Below, one piece after another: positions 24,639-36,640 of a DNA stretch of 64,000 nucleotides (the stretch's first letter is position 1; every line of letters starts with the position of its first letter). The notes beneath the pieces are model-generated. The model had not been told where the DNA came from. It searched no databases and saw only the letters and a list, made by a program, of their open reading frames with translations. The stretch is from Azolla caroliniana (taxonomy: Eukaryota > Plantae > Polypodiophyta). The position numbers and the translations under genes were made by a program. The stretch is from the NCBI GenBank assembly GCA_043228905.1, contig JBHGNT010000004.1, positions 1,116,001-1,180,000 of the forward strand. Reading direction: 5' to 3'.

Positions 24639-25015
24639 GTATGAACTATAAATTGAGTAAGAAGTAAGAAGCTAACTAGGTTGGTTTTGATCTCTTATGT
24701 GCATTTCACATATTGGTGGAGATGCGGGGTACCGGTCCCCCACGTCTAAGCATCCACTTCTTCCTCCTCACCTTAGGTTGCCCACTAACTTCTTGTCCCA
24801 TGAGATTCCCCGACCCCCCTCCTACACAATAGCCCTCTTGTCCCCCACCTCAGCCAAGTCCAAGTGGCCCTCAGTCCACAAAGAGGGATTGATCTTTCTT
24901 CACCATTTGATCTTTCCCCGATTCGGCACGGTAGCCCTCATGTCCCCCACCTCAGCCAAGTCTAGGTGGCTTTCAATCCACAGGAGGAATTGATCTTTAT
25001 CTGCCAATTGCTAGC

Positions 25016-25440
25016 TTGTTTTCCGTCACTAGCCCCGTTCAACTATTATCTGATCGGGGCCGCCAATTCCACGGGGATGTCCTCAACGATTTTGCAGATC
25101 AACTAGGTGTCCAACAGGTGCTTAAGTCCCCATACCATCCTCAGACAAATGGCCTCACTGGACGCCTCAACAAGACCCTCAAGAAGGAGATTGCCACTTA
25201 CATCGATCCATGCAACAAAACCTGGGATCAAATCTTGCCTTTCGTCACCCACACCTACAATACATCCGTATAGGCGTCGACACAGATCAACCATTTTCGA
25301 GCACTCTATGGGTGTGACCCTTGCCTCCCACCAAAATCTTCCATTGATGTCCATTTGAAACCTATCGACATGGATAATGCCACTTGGGAGCTCTATCTCC
25401 AACAAATGCTCCCCCTCCTTCGACAAGCCACGGCTCTTGT
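25016..25440 (+). pseudogene. Gypsy integrase core fragment
   Basis: PVQLLSDRGRQF...SPYHPQTNGLTGRLNKTLK...WDQILPFVTHTYNTSV*, with an internal stop and the catalytic E apparently replaced by G. Confidence 0.8.
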
Positions 25441-25524
25441 TTGTGTTCGTGTTCCTGTGACAAGCCACTGCTCCTCAGTCTCGTGTTTCTCTCAGGGGGG
25501 AAATGTGGTGTGCATGTGTTCCTT

Positions 25525-27092
25525 TGTTAAGAAATTGTTCAGTCAAATCACAATAAACGAACTGTGCTGAAAAAAAATTTCACAAATATGTTAGAAAATA
25601 GAACAATGGTGCATAGTGATTTGACATGGAAACCCTTCAAACAGGAGAAAACCACGGGAACAGAGCTCCACTATGTATAGTGGATATACAACACATAATG
25701 TTACAACACTCAGGGCTCTTGGCGTCTGTTGTTACATTACTTCCGACACTCTTATCTTTCTTAAGTGTCGAGAGTCCTTCTAGAAGTGTCTAGGCTTTTC
25801 ACAATAAAAGCACACAGGCTTACCTCTGGACTTCAGTCTGGCTTGGGACTTTTCTCTCCTTCCTCTATCTGCTTGTTGAGTCACATTCGACTCCGATTGG
25901 GACAAAACTCCTTAGATGTCCTTCCTCATTGCCTCCTCATTTAGGATGCTTGTCTTCACCGTCTGTAAAGACAAGTTCTCTTCTTGACAGGAGGTGTTGA
26001 GTGTAACCACCAGGTTCTCCCAACTGTTCAGCAGTGTGCACATCAGCAGGATGGCCTGCATTGCATCATCCAAGGGAAACTTGGTCGCAACAAGTTGATT
26101 TACATACCCCATGAACGTGCTGATGTGTTCAACGATGCTCTCACCGTCTTTGTATTTCAGCCGTACGATTTTTCTCATCAACGAGGTTTTATTGAGCGCG
26201 TTCTTCCTCTCATATAGTCCCGATAGCTTCTGCCACATCTCGTGGGCATTTGTGCCATTCGCCACATGCTGAAGGACACTTACGTCGACGCACTGTCGGA
26301 TGGTGGCCACTGCCTTTCTGTTTAGAAGTTTCCAATCCGACTCCAATACCCCCTTGGGTATGTATGCTCTGTCGACTGGCTCGTACAGGTCTTTCACGAT
26401 GAGGAGTTCTTCCATCTTTATCTTCTAGTCGGCATAGTTCTGTGAGTTTAGAACTATCATACCTAGGAAACCGCTCACACCTCGTTCCATGCTTGCACCT
26501 CAAGCTTTGATACCAATCTGTTGAGAAATCGTTCCGTCGAATCACAATAAACGAACTGTGCTGAATTTTATTTTTCACAGATATGCCAGAAAATAGGACA
26601 ACAATGGTGCACAGTGATTTAACGTGGAAACCCTTCAAACGGGAGAAAACCACGGGAACAAAGCTTCACTATGTATAGTGTATATACAACACAGAATGTT
26701 ACAACACTCCTTCAAGTGTATCAGCCACACAGGGCTCTTGGCGTCTACTGTTACGCACACAACTATGGCGCCACGCTCTCTCTCTCTCTCTCTATCTCCC
26801 ACGCTCTCACGCTACTTCTGTTCTACACGCCCGCTCATTTTTGCCGTAAGTGTATTTATACTTATACACTGTATGGGCTATTTACAAATGTAGCCTCTAC
26901 TACGTATCATTATTATTATTGCTATAATAATAATAATCAAACTATAAAATAGTTGACTCATTGTTTTCGACTCTTCGACTTTTCGACTGTGGATCTTCCC
27001 TGTCTTCAATTGTCGGCACCTCGTAGTCATCGACTGTCAGCAACTTTTGGACAGTCGGTTCCTCCTCCCATTGGAGGGACATATTCCCAACA
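25525..27092 (-). mobile_element. Internally deleted Ty1/Copia retrotransposon
   Basis: Full LTR 26519-27092, partial LTR copy 25525 to about 25735, PBS TGGTATCAAAGC (tRNA-iMet) at 26504-26515, gag with stops. pol is absent. Confidence 0.88.
25760..26490 (-). pseudogene. Copia gag pseudogene
   Basis: MERGVSG...NYAD*KIKMEELLIVKDL...WKLLNRKAVATIRQ...(UBN2-type gag), with decayed zinc knuckle CFYCEKPRH. Confidence 0.8.
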
Positions 27093-27674
27093 GAAATGTG
27101 GTGTGCATGAGTTCCTTAGTGCCACCCTTTAGCACACCCTTTTTAGGATGCATGTACCTAAGCCGACCAACCCTTTTAGCACACCCTTTTTAGCTAAGCC
27201 AACCCAAATGGGTACCTTTGTATCAACTATAAATTTAGTAAGGAGTAAGACGCTAACTAGGCTAGTTTTGATCTCTTATGTGCATTTCACAATATTTTGA
27301 TGCACAACCTTGTGTTCATAACCTAAATTTGGCTCGAGAGAGAGAACAAAATGTTAAAAGCTCATTATCCGATTATTAGAGGGGGAAAGAGAGTAGAGAG
27401 AAGGTTTATCCACAATGTCCACCATGTTGATTATAATGTGAAAAGTAAAGAGAAATTTCTCTACAAGATCTATTTAGGGGGGGAGGAGGAGAGTCAAGAG
27501 GAACATTCACTATATACCTTTTTTAACATTCACGGAAGATTGATTGCAATCTACGATGAGGATCAAACTTTCGTTTGCCCTAAATTATGGCTATGGCGTA
27601 AACCACCAAGCCAATGGCCATACAGAGCTATGGCGAGAAATGTTGTCTATGGAGTTTGTTCAGACACACACAAT

Positions 27675-28005
27675 ACAATGTCTTATAAAGAGAAACTTTG
27701 TTTGCAGAGTCCACGCACGCACACACACGCACACACACACGCACGCACGCACACACACGCACTACAAAGTCTTTTAAAGAGAAACTTTGTTTACAAAGTT
27801 AATATACCTACACAATACAAAGTCTTATAAAGAGAAACTTTGCCTACAGAGTCTCCATACATGCACAATATAGAGTCGTATAAAGAGAAACTTTGTTTAC
27901 AAAATGTGTACACACACACCACAACACACCACAATCTTATGAAGGCTAAACTTTGCTTATAGGCTACAGACACAATATATCTTGTAAAGAGAAACATTCT
28001 CAAGA
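27675..28005. repeat. Six degenerate copies of an about 28-bp motif separated by CA-rich spacers
   Basis: tcttataaagagaaactttgtttacaaa-like motif near 27680, 27770, 27823, 27875, 27934 and 27980. Confidence 0.75.
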
Positions 28006-28280
28006 GACACACACACACACACACACACAAAGGCAGTGAGTGAATGAAGGGGGGTAATTTGTGGGAAATACTTGAAAGGGGTGGGTAGGGGTATTTTGGA
28101 GATTAAGGGAAAATGTGGTGTTTGTTCCTTTAGGCTTTAAGCCTAAGCGCTCATGAAGGAAGAAGAAAACAAAGGCGAAGAAGAAACATACAGAAGGATA
28201 ACTTAGCAGAAAGAAAGAAAGGAAGAAAAGAAAGAACAGAAAGGAGGGAGGGAGAGAGAGAGAGAGAAGCACTCGTGGCC

Positions 28281-31200
28281 ATGGAGATCGGTCGCGATGA
28301 TTACGAGCGTCTCATCTTCTTCGAAGCTGCCAGAGAAAAGGCTGCGGAAGATTACTGCAGGAATCCCCTCGATGCTGAGGTAAAGATGAACATCCACCAC
28401 TTCGTTCCTTTCCTTTTAAACCCATTTGCTTTTGGTCCAAATCAAAGTGGTTTTTTGATCGTATCCTTGATTCATACCGATTCATGGAGTTAAACCGGAA
28501 TTGAATCTGTGGTAGAAAATATGAAAAACGTAGAGACGATTTGAACTTCAGTGAACCTCTTGATACGGTGGCAAGAAAAAATTCATTGTTTATTCCCATT
28601 TTAATCTTTCTTTAGAGAGACTAATCAAACAATTGTTCTTTTACGAGCTCATAGATCTGAAAAAGTCATGGGTAGCAATTGTGTGTAGATCCAAGGAAAA
28701 TAATAGAGGACAAATTATTGCCAAAGGGCTATTTTATGATTTAAGCTTTTTGAAAGATTGACCAGTTAATTGGAACTTAAGGATTTGCGAATAGTACTCG
28801 CCAAAGAAAAAAGACTAAATAATGGTTAAAATTCGAAAGAATAGCCCAAATTTTCATATTTATAGGGTTTCATTACCTATAGATATGTCCATCCATTTGT
28901 ATTTAAGTATCCACCCATGAAGCTCCCTATTTGTTGAATGATTTACCCAATTCATTGGAAACTAAGGATAATACAAGTAATACTCGTCAAAGAAAAGGTT
29001 AAAGAATTGTGCAAATTTGAAAGAATAAGCCAAATATTTGGGTTTTATATTTAGTAATTACATCTGAGGTTACTTATTTATTGTCTCCAGTATAAATTTT
29101 ATCTAATTCAGAAATTGCAGGTATGCATGTTCATAGTAATACCAGTATTTAAAAAAAAACATTCTTTCATGAAAAAGTTGACAACCTTCATTTAAAATTT
29201 GGGGAATTTTTCAAATCACAAATCGTCAAGGATTTATTTTCTTATAAAATCTCTTGTACTCTGCAGCTTTTACTGAAAAGTTCAATGTATTTTTCAAAAT
29301 TTGGAGGTGCAAACTACATGAAACATGAGTTCTGAAGACTTTCTTTTCATACCATTTGAATTGCATCTAGAAATTTTCTTTTATGTAGATCTTTCCATCT
29401 TAGTGTTAGTGGGAATCCATGCTGAGTTGATTCATTAAAAAAATACAATTGTTTTGGGATTGCATCTTACATAGGCACAAAAATATGTATATAGTTGATA
29501 TGGTTGACCATTCCATTGTGCATAGCACAAGAAGAATATTACCTTGATTTGAATCATTCACAATATACATTGAAGTTTATATATGTGAGGAACTATGTTA
29601 TTAATCATGCAAATTAGCTTAATCGCAGTAATTAATATACCACAGGTTTAGAAATGGGTTTAATTTGAGGAGAAATAAACACAAGTTCTGTTTCTAAGTT
29701 TGGCATAAACAAGCTTTGACATTTGGTTTATTCACCCATCAGAAATGCATAGACATAGAATCCATCCCTTCCATTTTCATTCCTAGTCGCAAATTTAAAG
29801 CATATGAATGATATGTCGCGTACTTCATTGCTTCATTGCATTCTCTTGTAATGCCAAATGCCAAAAACATTATTTCATTAGTCGTCTCAATTAATGCAAC
29901 AATAAGTAGTAGATGGGATAAAAAGAAATTAGAATTGATTATGCCCAGATCTCAGAGAAATAACAATGCTTTTGATAGTACTTCGACAATTCTAGCAGAT
30001 ATTTTGTTACCACTCTTGCTGACCACTTCTTGAGTTGAGTTATGCATGCCTTTTGATGTGATCATGGAAAACCAATGAACTTCAGGTACATCATATATCT
30101 GATATAGTGATGGAGTATCTGTGTTTCACACTTTCTACAATCTACGTAGAAATGCTTATGTACACGTCTTTTCTATTTAAATTACATCCATTGTTTCTTT
30201 ATGTATGCTTTTTTTATTCAATTCAACACAGAACCTGATAAGATGGGGTGGAGCGCTTCTGGAGCTTGCTCAATTTTCAGGTGCTGGATCAGTTGACATG
30301 GTTCTAGGTTAGTATTGCAATGAAACAATGGGGTTTTGTCCTGCTATTTGGTCCTTTGATTCTTTTGAAGTAGTAAGTCACCAATGCCGATTGTCGTTCT
30401 TTGTTTTTGATGGTGAAGATGCTGAAGCGAAGCTACAAGAAGCCCTTCAAATCAATCCGAATTTGCCTAATGCACTTTGGTGTCTTGGCAATGCTCACAC
30501 ATCACATGGATTTCTTTTGTCAGAGCCTGATCAGGCCAATGAACTGTTTAAGAAGGCTGGCAAGTGTTTCCAACAAGCTTTAGAACAGGTATTGTTACAT
30601 TTTGTGGCTGTTGTAGTTCAGTTTAAAGCATAGTAAATCATGGTACTGACTGAATCGATATTTCTTCTGGCCTTTCGTATGTGCATAATTGTCTGTTCAT
30701 GAAGGATTTACTTTTCTTACATGAAGGATTTACTTATTGAGTTGTCTCACATGATAATATTCTGGTCTTGCACATAAATATGGTGCAGTAAATTTAGCCT
30801 CTATATTACATTTCATGCAGCTAATGTAAATCAGAAGGTCAGCTCACATATATACTTTAGAATCTACTCACTTCTAATACGTTGATTGAGTCAAAGTAAA
30901 TTTCTTAGTTTACTGCTATTTTGCTCAAGCCTGCACTCTTCAAAAGTGAAAGTAACCTGTTATGCATAGATTGCTGAAAGTTGATAACACTGTTTAGTTG
31001 TCCCTTGCCATAGAACCATTTATATAATAATGGTGATTTTTGCATGTCAGCAACATGTGGACCCTCAATCTCATTCAAAGATATAAATCATCCAATGCCA
31101 ATTTTTGCTGACATGAATAACTTGAACTTTTGAAGCACATACGCTATTCGTGATTTAGTTGAACCTCTAAAGCGCCTACAATTAATGTTGAAAATTCATT

Positions 31201-34200
31201 TCATCTACTTCAGTCGCTAAGTAGTATTAGCAATTTAGTCAAAACTCTAAAGTGCCTATAATTAACGTTGAAAATTCATCTCATCTACTTCAGCTGCTGA
31301 ATAAGAATAAAACTCTTAACTTCTAAGAGGTGAAGGTGAAAACTGAAGATGTGCTTCAAAGAGTCTGATATGATTTGGAAGCTAGATGTTTTTTTCCTAG
31401 AGGTTTCAAGGATTCATCCTACATAGTTGATGACAAAGCCAGTCACTTTGAATTCTTCAGCCAGATTGGTTAGTTAACATTCCAAAGGCTTTATATTTGG
31501 ATCCTGCCATCGATGACAAGAACCGATGGGAAATTGGGTCAAAATAGGGATACTGTCCATAGAAAAAGAATTTGCTGTTAACAGCATCAAGTGGATACAT
31601 AGAAGAAGCTGGGAAAGTTTTGAAGCTTGAAGCTTCAGAAATTCTGGAGGAAAAATGGTCCTTTTGGAGTTTAGATGGCAATGAACACTCTCTGAAAAGT
31701 TGTATTTCGAGGCTTTATCTTTTTTTTCTAGTTGCACCACTTGTCATGCTTGTTTGATTTCGTTTTCTATAGCCAATTGTGGTCATATTTATAGTGGGTT
31801 ATGATTTGTTTTGTAAGCTTAGGTTTCCTTCAGAATTGGACCACAAAAATTCTGAGACTTTAGATATAATCAATAAAGCCCCGCTTTGGAGTTATTTTCT
31901 ACTTCCTATCATTTGTTCATAAGAGCAAAAACTTTTGTGTTTTATTGCCCTTGGAGTAGGTGAAGTCTAGTTGTGGTGTCATTGTTGGGATAATTGCTGC
32001 ATTCTAAAGGAGACTGAGCAGCTCCTTTTAACGAGATGTCTTTCAATTCAAATCATGAAATAATTTTTAGAGTAACATCTGTCGAGGATGTAAGCATTAC
32101 AAGAGCGGCTATGAATTCTGAAGATTTTAATGATGCCTTCATAAAATGATTGTCAAAAATGTGCTTGTAGCATTGTCTAAAGATAAGTGAAAGCCAAAGG
32201 TTATAAATAGAAGGCCGCATTATAGCTATTGGCAGGTGAATGCATTGATACTATAGAGCACATTATATTTGGTGGACAAAATGGAAGCACTTCTATTTTA
32301 TGTTGTGACTACCTTTAGCTACATGCATCTAGTTTTAGGTACAGCAGTAATAATTCTTTATGTAGGTATGTGTCTTTGTTTTACTCTTGGTTTGCTCTCA
32401 ATTTCTTGGAGTTTTGATGAAGACCTAGGGTTTTGACAATATTAGGTTTTAAACATAAGATTTGAGAAACCACATGGAACATCTAGAAGTTTATATACAA
32501 ATATCTACTTGTCTGGTCCATCAGTAAATGGTTCTACAATCTGTTGTAATTTCCACTATCAATCAATGATAATGACATATTTGTGTGGGCGCTAAGTTTT
32601 GGAGCCTCTTAATTCTATGGTATGTACACATTTGTTGTTTCTCTTAGATTTTTGTTTTGTGCTAAGTGTCAAAAGGCTTTTGTATCCTATAGCTCTTTGA
32701 GAAATGAAATACACATTTTAGTGGCTATGTTCCCAGGTTTTCTCAAGGGGTGAAACTGTAGGATCTCTTTGGCAAGATGTCTATGCCTTAGGATTTAGAG
32801 GATGCATTAGGAAAAATACAGTTTTTGAAGCAGCGTGACATGAAGGGATACCTACTTTGGAGGATATTCCAATAAAGATTGGACCAAAAGATTTGAATTC
32901 TTGAATGATGTTTTACAAGCAACATTATGAGTTTCATGTTGCAAAATTGTCTAAAGAAGTTTCTAATTTCCAAAGGTTGACACGTTTATACTATGTTGAC
33001 AACCTTCAACCTTTGGATGAGATCCAAATTTATCTCCATGCATATCTTCTGTGAGTTTGGTGGCAATACTGTTGCTCAAGGTTGATATGGTCTCAGCCCT
33101 CTGATACCAGCCAACTAAGTGGGCCTTTGTCGGTCTCATGCCTCATATGTGTAGCCCTCCATGCACTTATCATGCCATGAAACCCTCCATAACAATATCA
33201 GCCTTAGGTTTATTTATTCCTACCTTCATGCATACACATGTGGATATGATTATCTACAGGCTCTATTGAAGTGGTTCCTTATCCCCCATCTTATTGTTTT
33301 TACAATCCTGATGCTTCAACGGGGGCATTTTGTTAGTTGGGAAATCTGTTAAAAATATGTTGAGAATGCTAATACCGGCAGTTCTGTAGATTTGAAATCT
33401 TACAAGCCGATTATCCTCTTAGTTTGGATGCTGACATTTATGATAAATGCATGCAACCAGATATACATCAACCGCACAATATGGAGTCATCCAGGTCACT
33501 CATTGAGGTGATATTCTTTGGAAGAGTAGATTGACACTTAACTGGGAGTCCAAACTATTCTAGTCTTATAAAGCTATAAGTTGTAGTTTCTGTTTTCAAA
33601 TGCTAACAAGTACCAGTGAATGTGCCAGGTTATGTGACTTTTCAATATTTGATGCATGTTGTGTTTGTTGTCTTATTATTTGTGCTTAGAAAATGAAACC
33701 TATATTTCTGTTCTGCTGCACTTCAGATGACTGAATACTAGTTTCATGGCGGTTCTTGTGGATGACTGTAGCAGGAATTCATGGGTATATTACTTGAGAA
33801 TCAGGTTTGAAACATTTGAAAAATTTCCCAAATTATAAGGCCATGATGGACGTAGAATGAATGATATTTTATCAACTTTGAAAGTCCAAAATTATCCATG
33901 AGACCCAATAAATTACATCCAGGTGAGATGTGATACAGTATCCTGATAATAAGGAAAAGTATATGGAGAAAAGAAAGTCTACATAAGTTAACTACACTAG
34001 AAATGGAATAAATGGCACATCAAGCTGGGATACTCCTATAAATAGGTGAGAAGCCAGTAGTACAGCCACACATACAAAGCGAGGGGAGCTCATCTCAGGA
34101 GTTCCCTCATGTGGTCTAGAATAAAGAGCAATGATCATCACCAAACAACTTGTGATCCATTGTAGATATGAGTCTCCACACCTTAGTCGAAGGAAAACAG

Positions 34201-35732
34201 TTGGAAACACCAGCAAACGCTGGTGCAGCGACTCTGTTCCTTCTGATATGAGTCTTGCGAAAGTGGAGATAAGATGAGCGAGTGATCATATAACAAAAGG
34301 CTTTTATGTAAACTTAATTCAAAGAATTTCATTGCTGAAATTTGTTAATTCGAAGCATTAGTCTTCGTCTCATCCTGAAGTCAAAGAGGATTTCCATTAT
34401 TCTCTTCATTGCTTAGATTATAACAAGGAAAGAGTTATAGGCACTTGAGTATACCTAATAGGTAACTGCAGTAGGCTCTTTCACTATTTCGATACACATC
34501 TTGGGCACCACAGCTATTGGCAATTTTCTTTGTATGGGTTATATTTTAGGTTTTATAGACAGTCAGTATGATAGCAACATTAAGGTCAACCTATGCCCTA
34601 CCCACACTGGACATTCAGGTTTTATTCAGGCAACCTTTACATGGTTGTGATGACCTATGGGATATGAGAACATCTATATGTGCTCTTTTTTTAATACTTC
34701 TACTCTTATGATAAACAGTAATCTGCTGTTCATTTCTTGTAATCATTATTATATGGGTTTCCAGGTGTTTCATTAGTTCTTTTATTATGCTTATTTTTCA
34801 GAAGGTCAAAAGTAAATGAGTTCATTTGGATGACATCTTATTGCCATCTTGAAATCATTAGATTTAGATTTAACTTTAGTTTGGTTCAGGCTGGGTGATG
34901 TCATATGTGTGTTATGAAGTCACCAGTGTCGAAGATACATATTTTTAAGAGGATATAACTAACTATAATTTTCACATCTCAGGAACCGACAAATGAACTC
35001 TTTAAGAAGGCTTTGGAGATGTCTGCAAAGGTGTGTGGAATTTCTGAAGCTATGTAGTAATTTAGCAGTTACGACTCTTTTGATCATTCAATAAAGACGC
35101 TGCAATGCAGAATTCTCTCACATTCACCCATTCAATTAAGTCTACTTAATTACGGACCGTGGTTTATAAAGTTATTTATATTTTGATTAGGAAAAGCTCT
35201 GATGTTCACAAATAATCGCAGGCACCAGAATTGCATGAAGAGCTCCACAAACAATTGAGCCAGCAAACTGCAACTTCAGGACGGCCAGCAGCATCCAAGG
35301 TATGTGTATTACATTCAAATCTTGATGTATCCATTCTCAGAGTTTTTTCATTTAGTATTGATATATGAAACTATACTTATTCCTGGTCACTATCAAATTT
35401 GAGTAAGAGTGCTATAGCATGTACTCCGTGCCATGCATGATGTAACTATTCTCTCGTAGTATATATTTGATTTGATTCAATATCACAAACGTTTGTATCT
35501 ATATGTCTATATGTTAAGTTCTCTTATCAGCAGATCTTCCCCTCTGGATTTGCATCCTAAAAACATTCCAGTCATGGAAAGGTAAAACTTCTGTTTTAAT
35601 AATAATTTGTTGCAGGGTCCAACTACGAAGAAAAGCAGCGACCTCAAATATGACATTCTTGGTTGGATCATTTTGGCTGTGGGGATGTCATTTTGGATGA
35701 AAGTTGCTCTACAAAATCAAACTTCAAGCTAG
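28281..35732 (+). CDS. TOM20: Mitochondrial import receptor subunit TOM20 (plant type), about 195 aa
   Basis: Exons 28281-28379, 30232-30307, 30419-30588, 34983-35030, 35222-35299, 35616-35732 join in frame: [11 protein letters not shown]...[21 protein letters not shown]...[14 protein letters not shown]...APELH...[17 protein letters not shown] (C-terminal membrane anchor). Confidence 0.93.
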
Positions 35733-36009
35733 TTTAGAGGCCATCTACATGCTCACATACCAATTGAATATTTTCAGGTGTGAATATTAACTTATATTTC
35801 TCTTTAAGATGTAAGATTATTGACAGTTTTAATTTCTCATCTCATGGGCGATTTTGGCCCTCATAAAAGTCATTGGTATATCGTTCTTTTTCTACCATAA
35901 ATGGTTTTGAGCTGTAGTCCACTAACTTCATTTTTGCACTTCTCTTTTTGGACTAAATAGTCATGTCATTTTCTAAATATTTTTGGAAATATGTTGGAGA
36001 ACCTCTCGA

Positions 36010-36640
36010 TGTCCAATGGTTATCAACTTTCATCCAGACATTCTTAAGATCTCAGTGTTCTTAAGACAGTTTTCCTATTGTTAGTTATCAACATTTGTTA
36101 AGATTTCTTGAGGTCTTCTGCATGCTAATTATCAAGATTTATTCAGAAGGAATATTCCTTTTCGCTCGCTGACAAAACTCATTTAAGAATGCTTGAGACA
36201 GTCGTCCTTTTTTGCTAAGTCGTCAACATTCATTGAGAGTACTTACATCTTCCTTTTACTAGCGATCAAGATTCACTAAGAGTTCTTAAGGACTTTTGCT
36301 ATTGTGAAAATTCATTCAAGTTTTAATTTTCCTCTGTAGTTGTCAAAATTCTTTAAAAGTACTCAGGATGATCTTCTTTTAATTTTCAACATTCATTAAG
36401 AGATATTAAAATGTTTTCCTTATGCTAGTTGTCAAAATTCATTGAGAATAAGTGATTACAGTCATTATCCTTGTGTTAGTTCTCAAAATGCATTAAGACT
36501 AAGTGATTATGATGATCATCCTTGTGTTGGTTCTCAATATGCAGTAAGACTTAGTTGTTATGATAATCATCCTTGTGTTAGTTCTCAACATTCATTGAGA
36601 GTTGTGAAAATATCCTCCCTTTTGGTTGTCAGGTTTGTGT
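36010..36640. repeat. Degenerate tandem repeat of about 45-60 bp
   Basis: Recurrent tagttgtcaa(a/c)attcattaaga / catccttgtgttagttctcaa units. Confidence 0.7.

Larger units (their letters stand above)
22413..27291 (+). mobile_element. Small non-autonomous Gypsy-derived LTR element (TRIM-like) carrying nested insertions
   Basis: About 195-bp LTRs TG...CA: 5' LTR split as 22413-22544 plus 24647-24710, 3' LTR 27097-27291. ATAT TSD on both sides, tRNA-Ala PBS from 24714, integrase fragment, PPT ctcaggggggaaa at 25491-25503. Confidence 0.85.

Noticed and set aside
27675-28005. CRISPR-like repeat-spacer array
   Set aside because: Eukaryotic context, degenerate repeats, low-complexity CA spacers and no cas genes.
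32969-33017. 12-bp inverted repeat in TOM20 intron 3
   Set aside because: Too short and isolated to indicate a miRNA or MITE.
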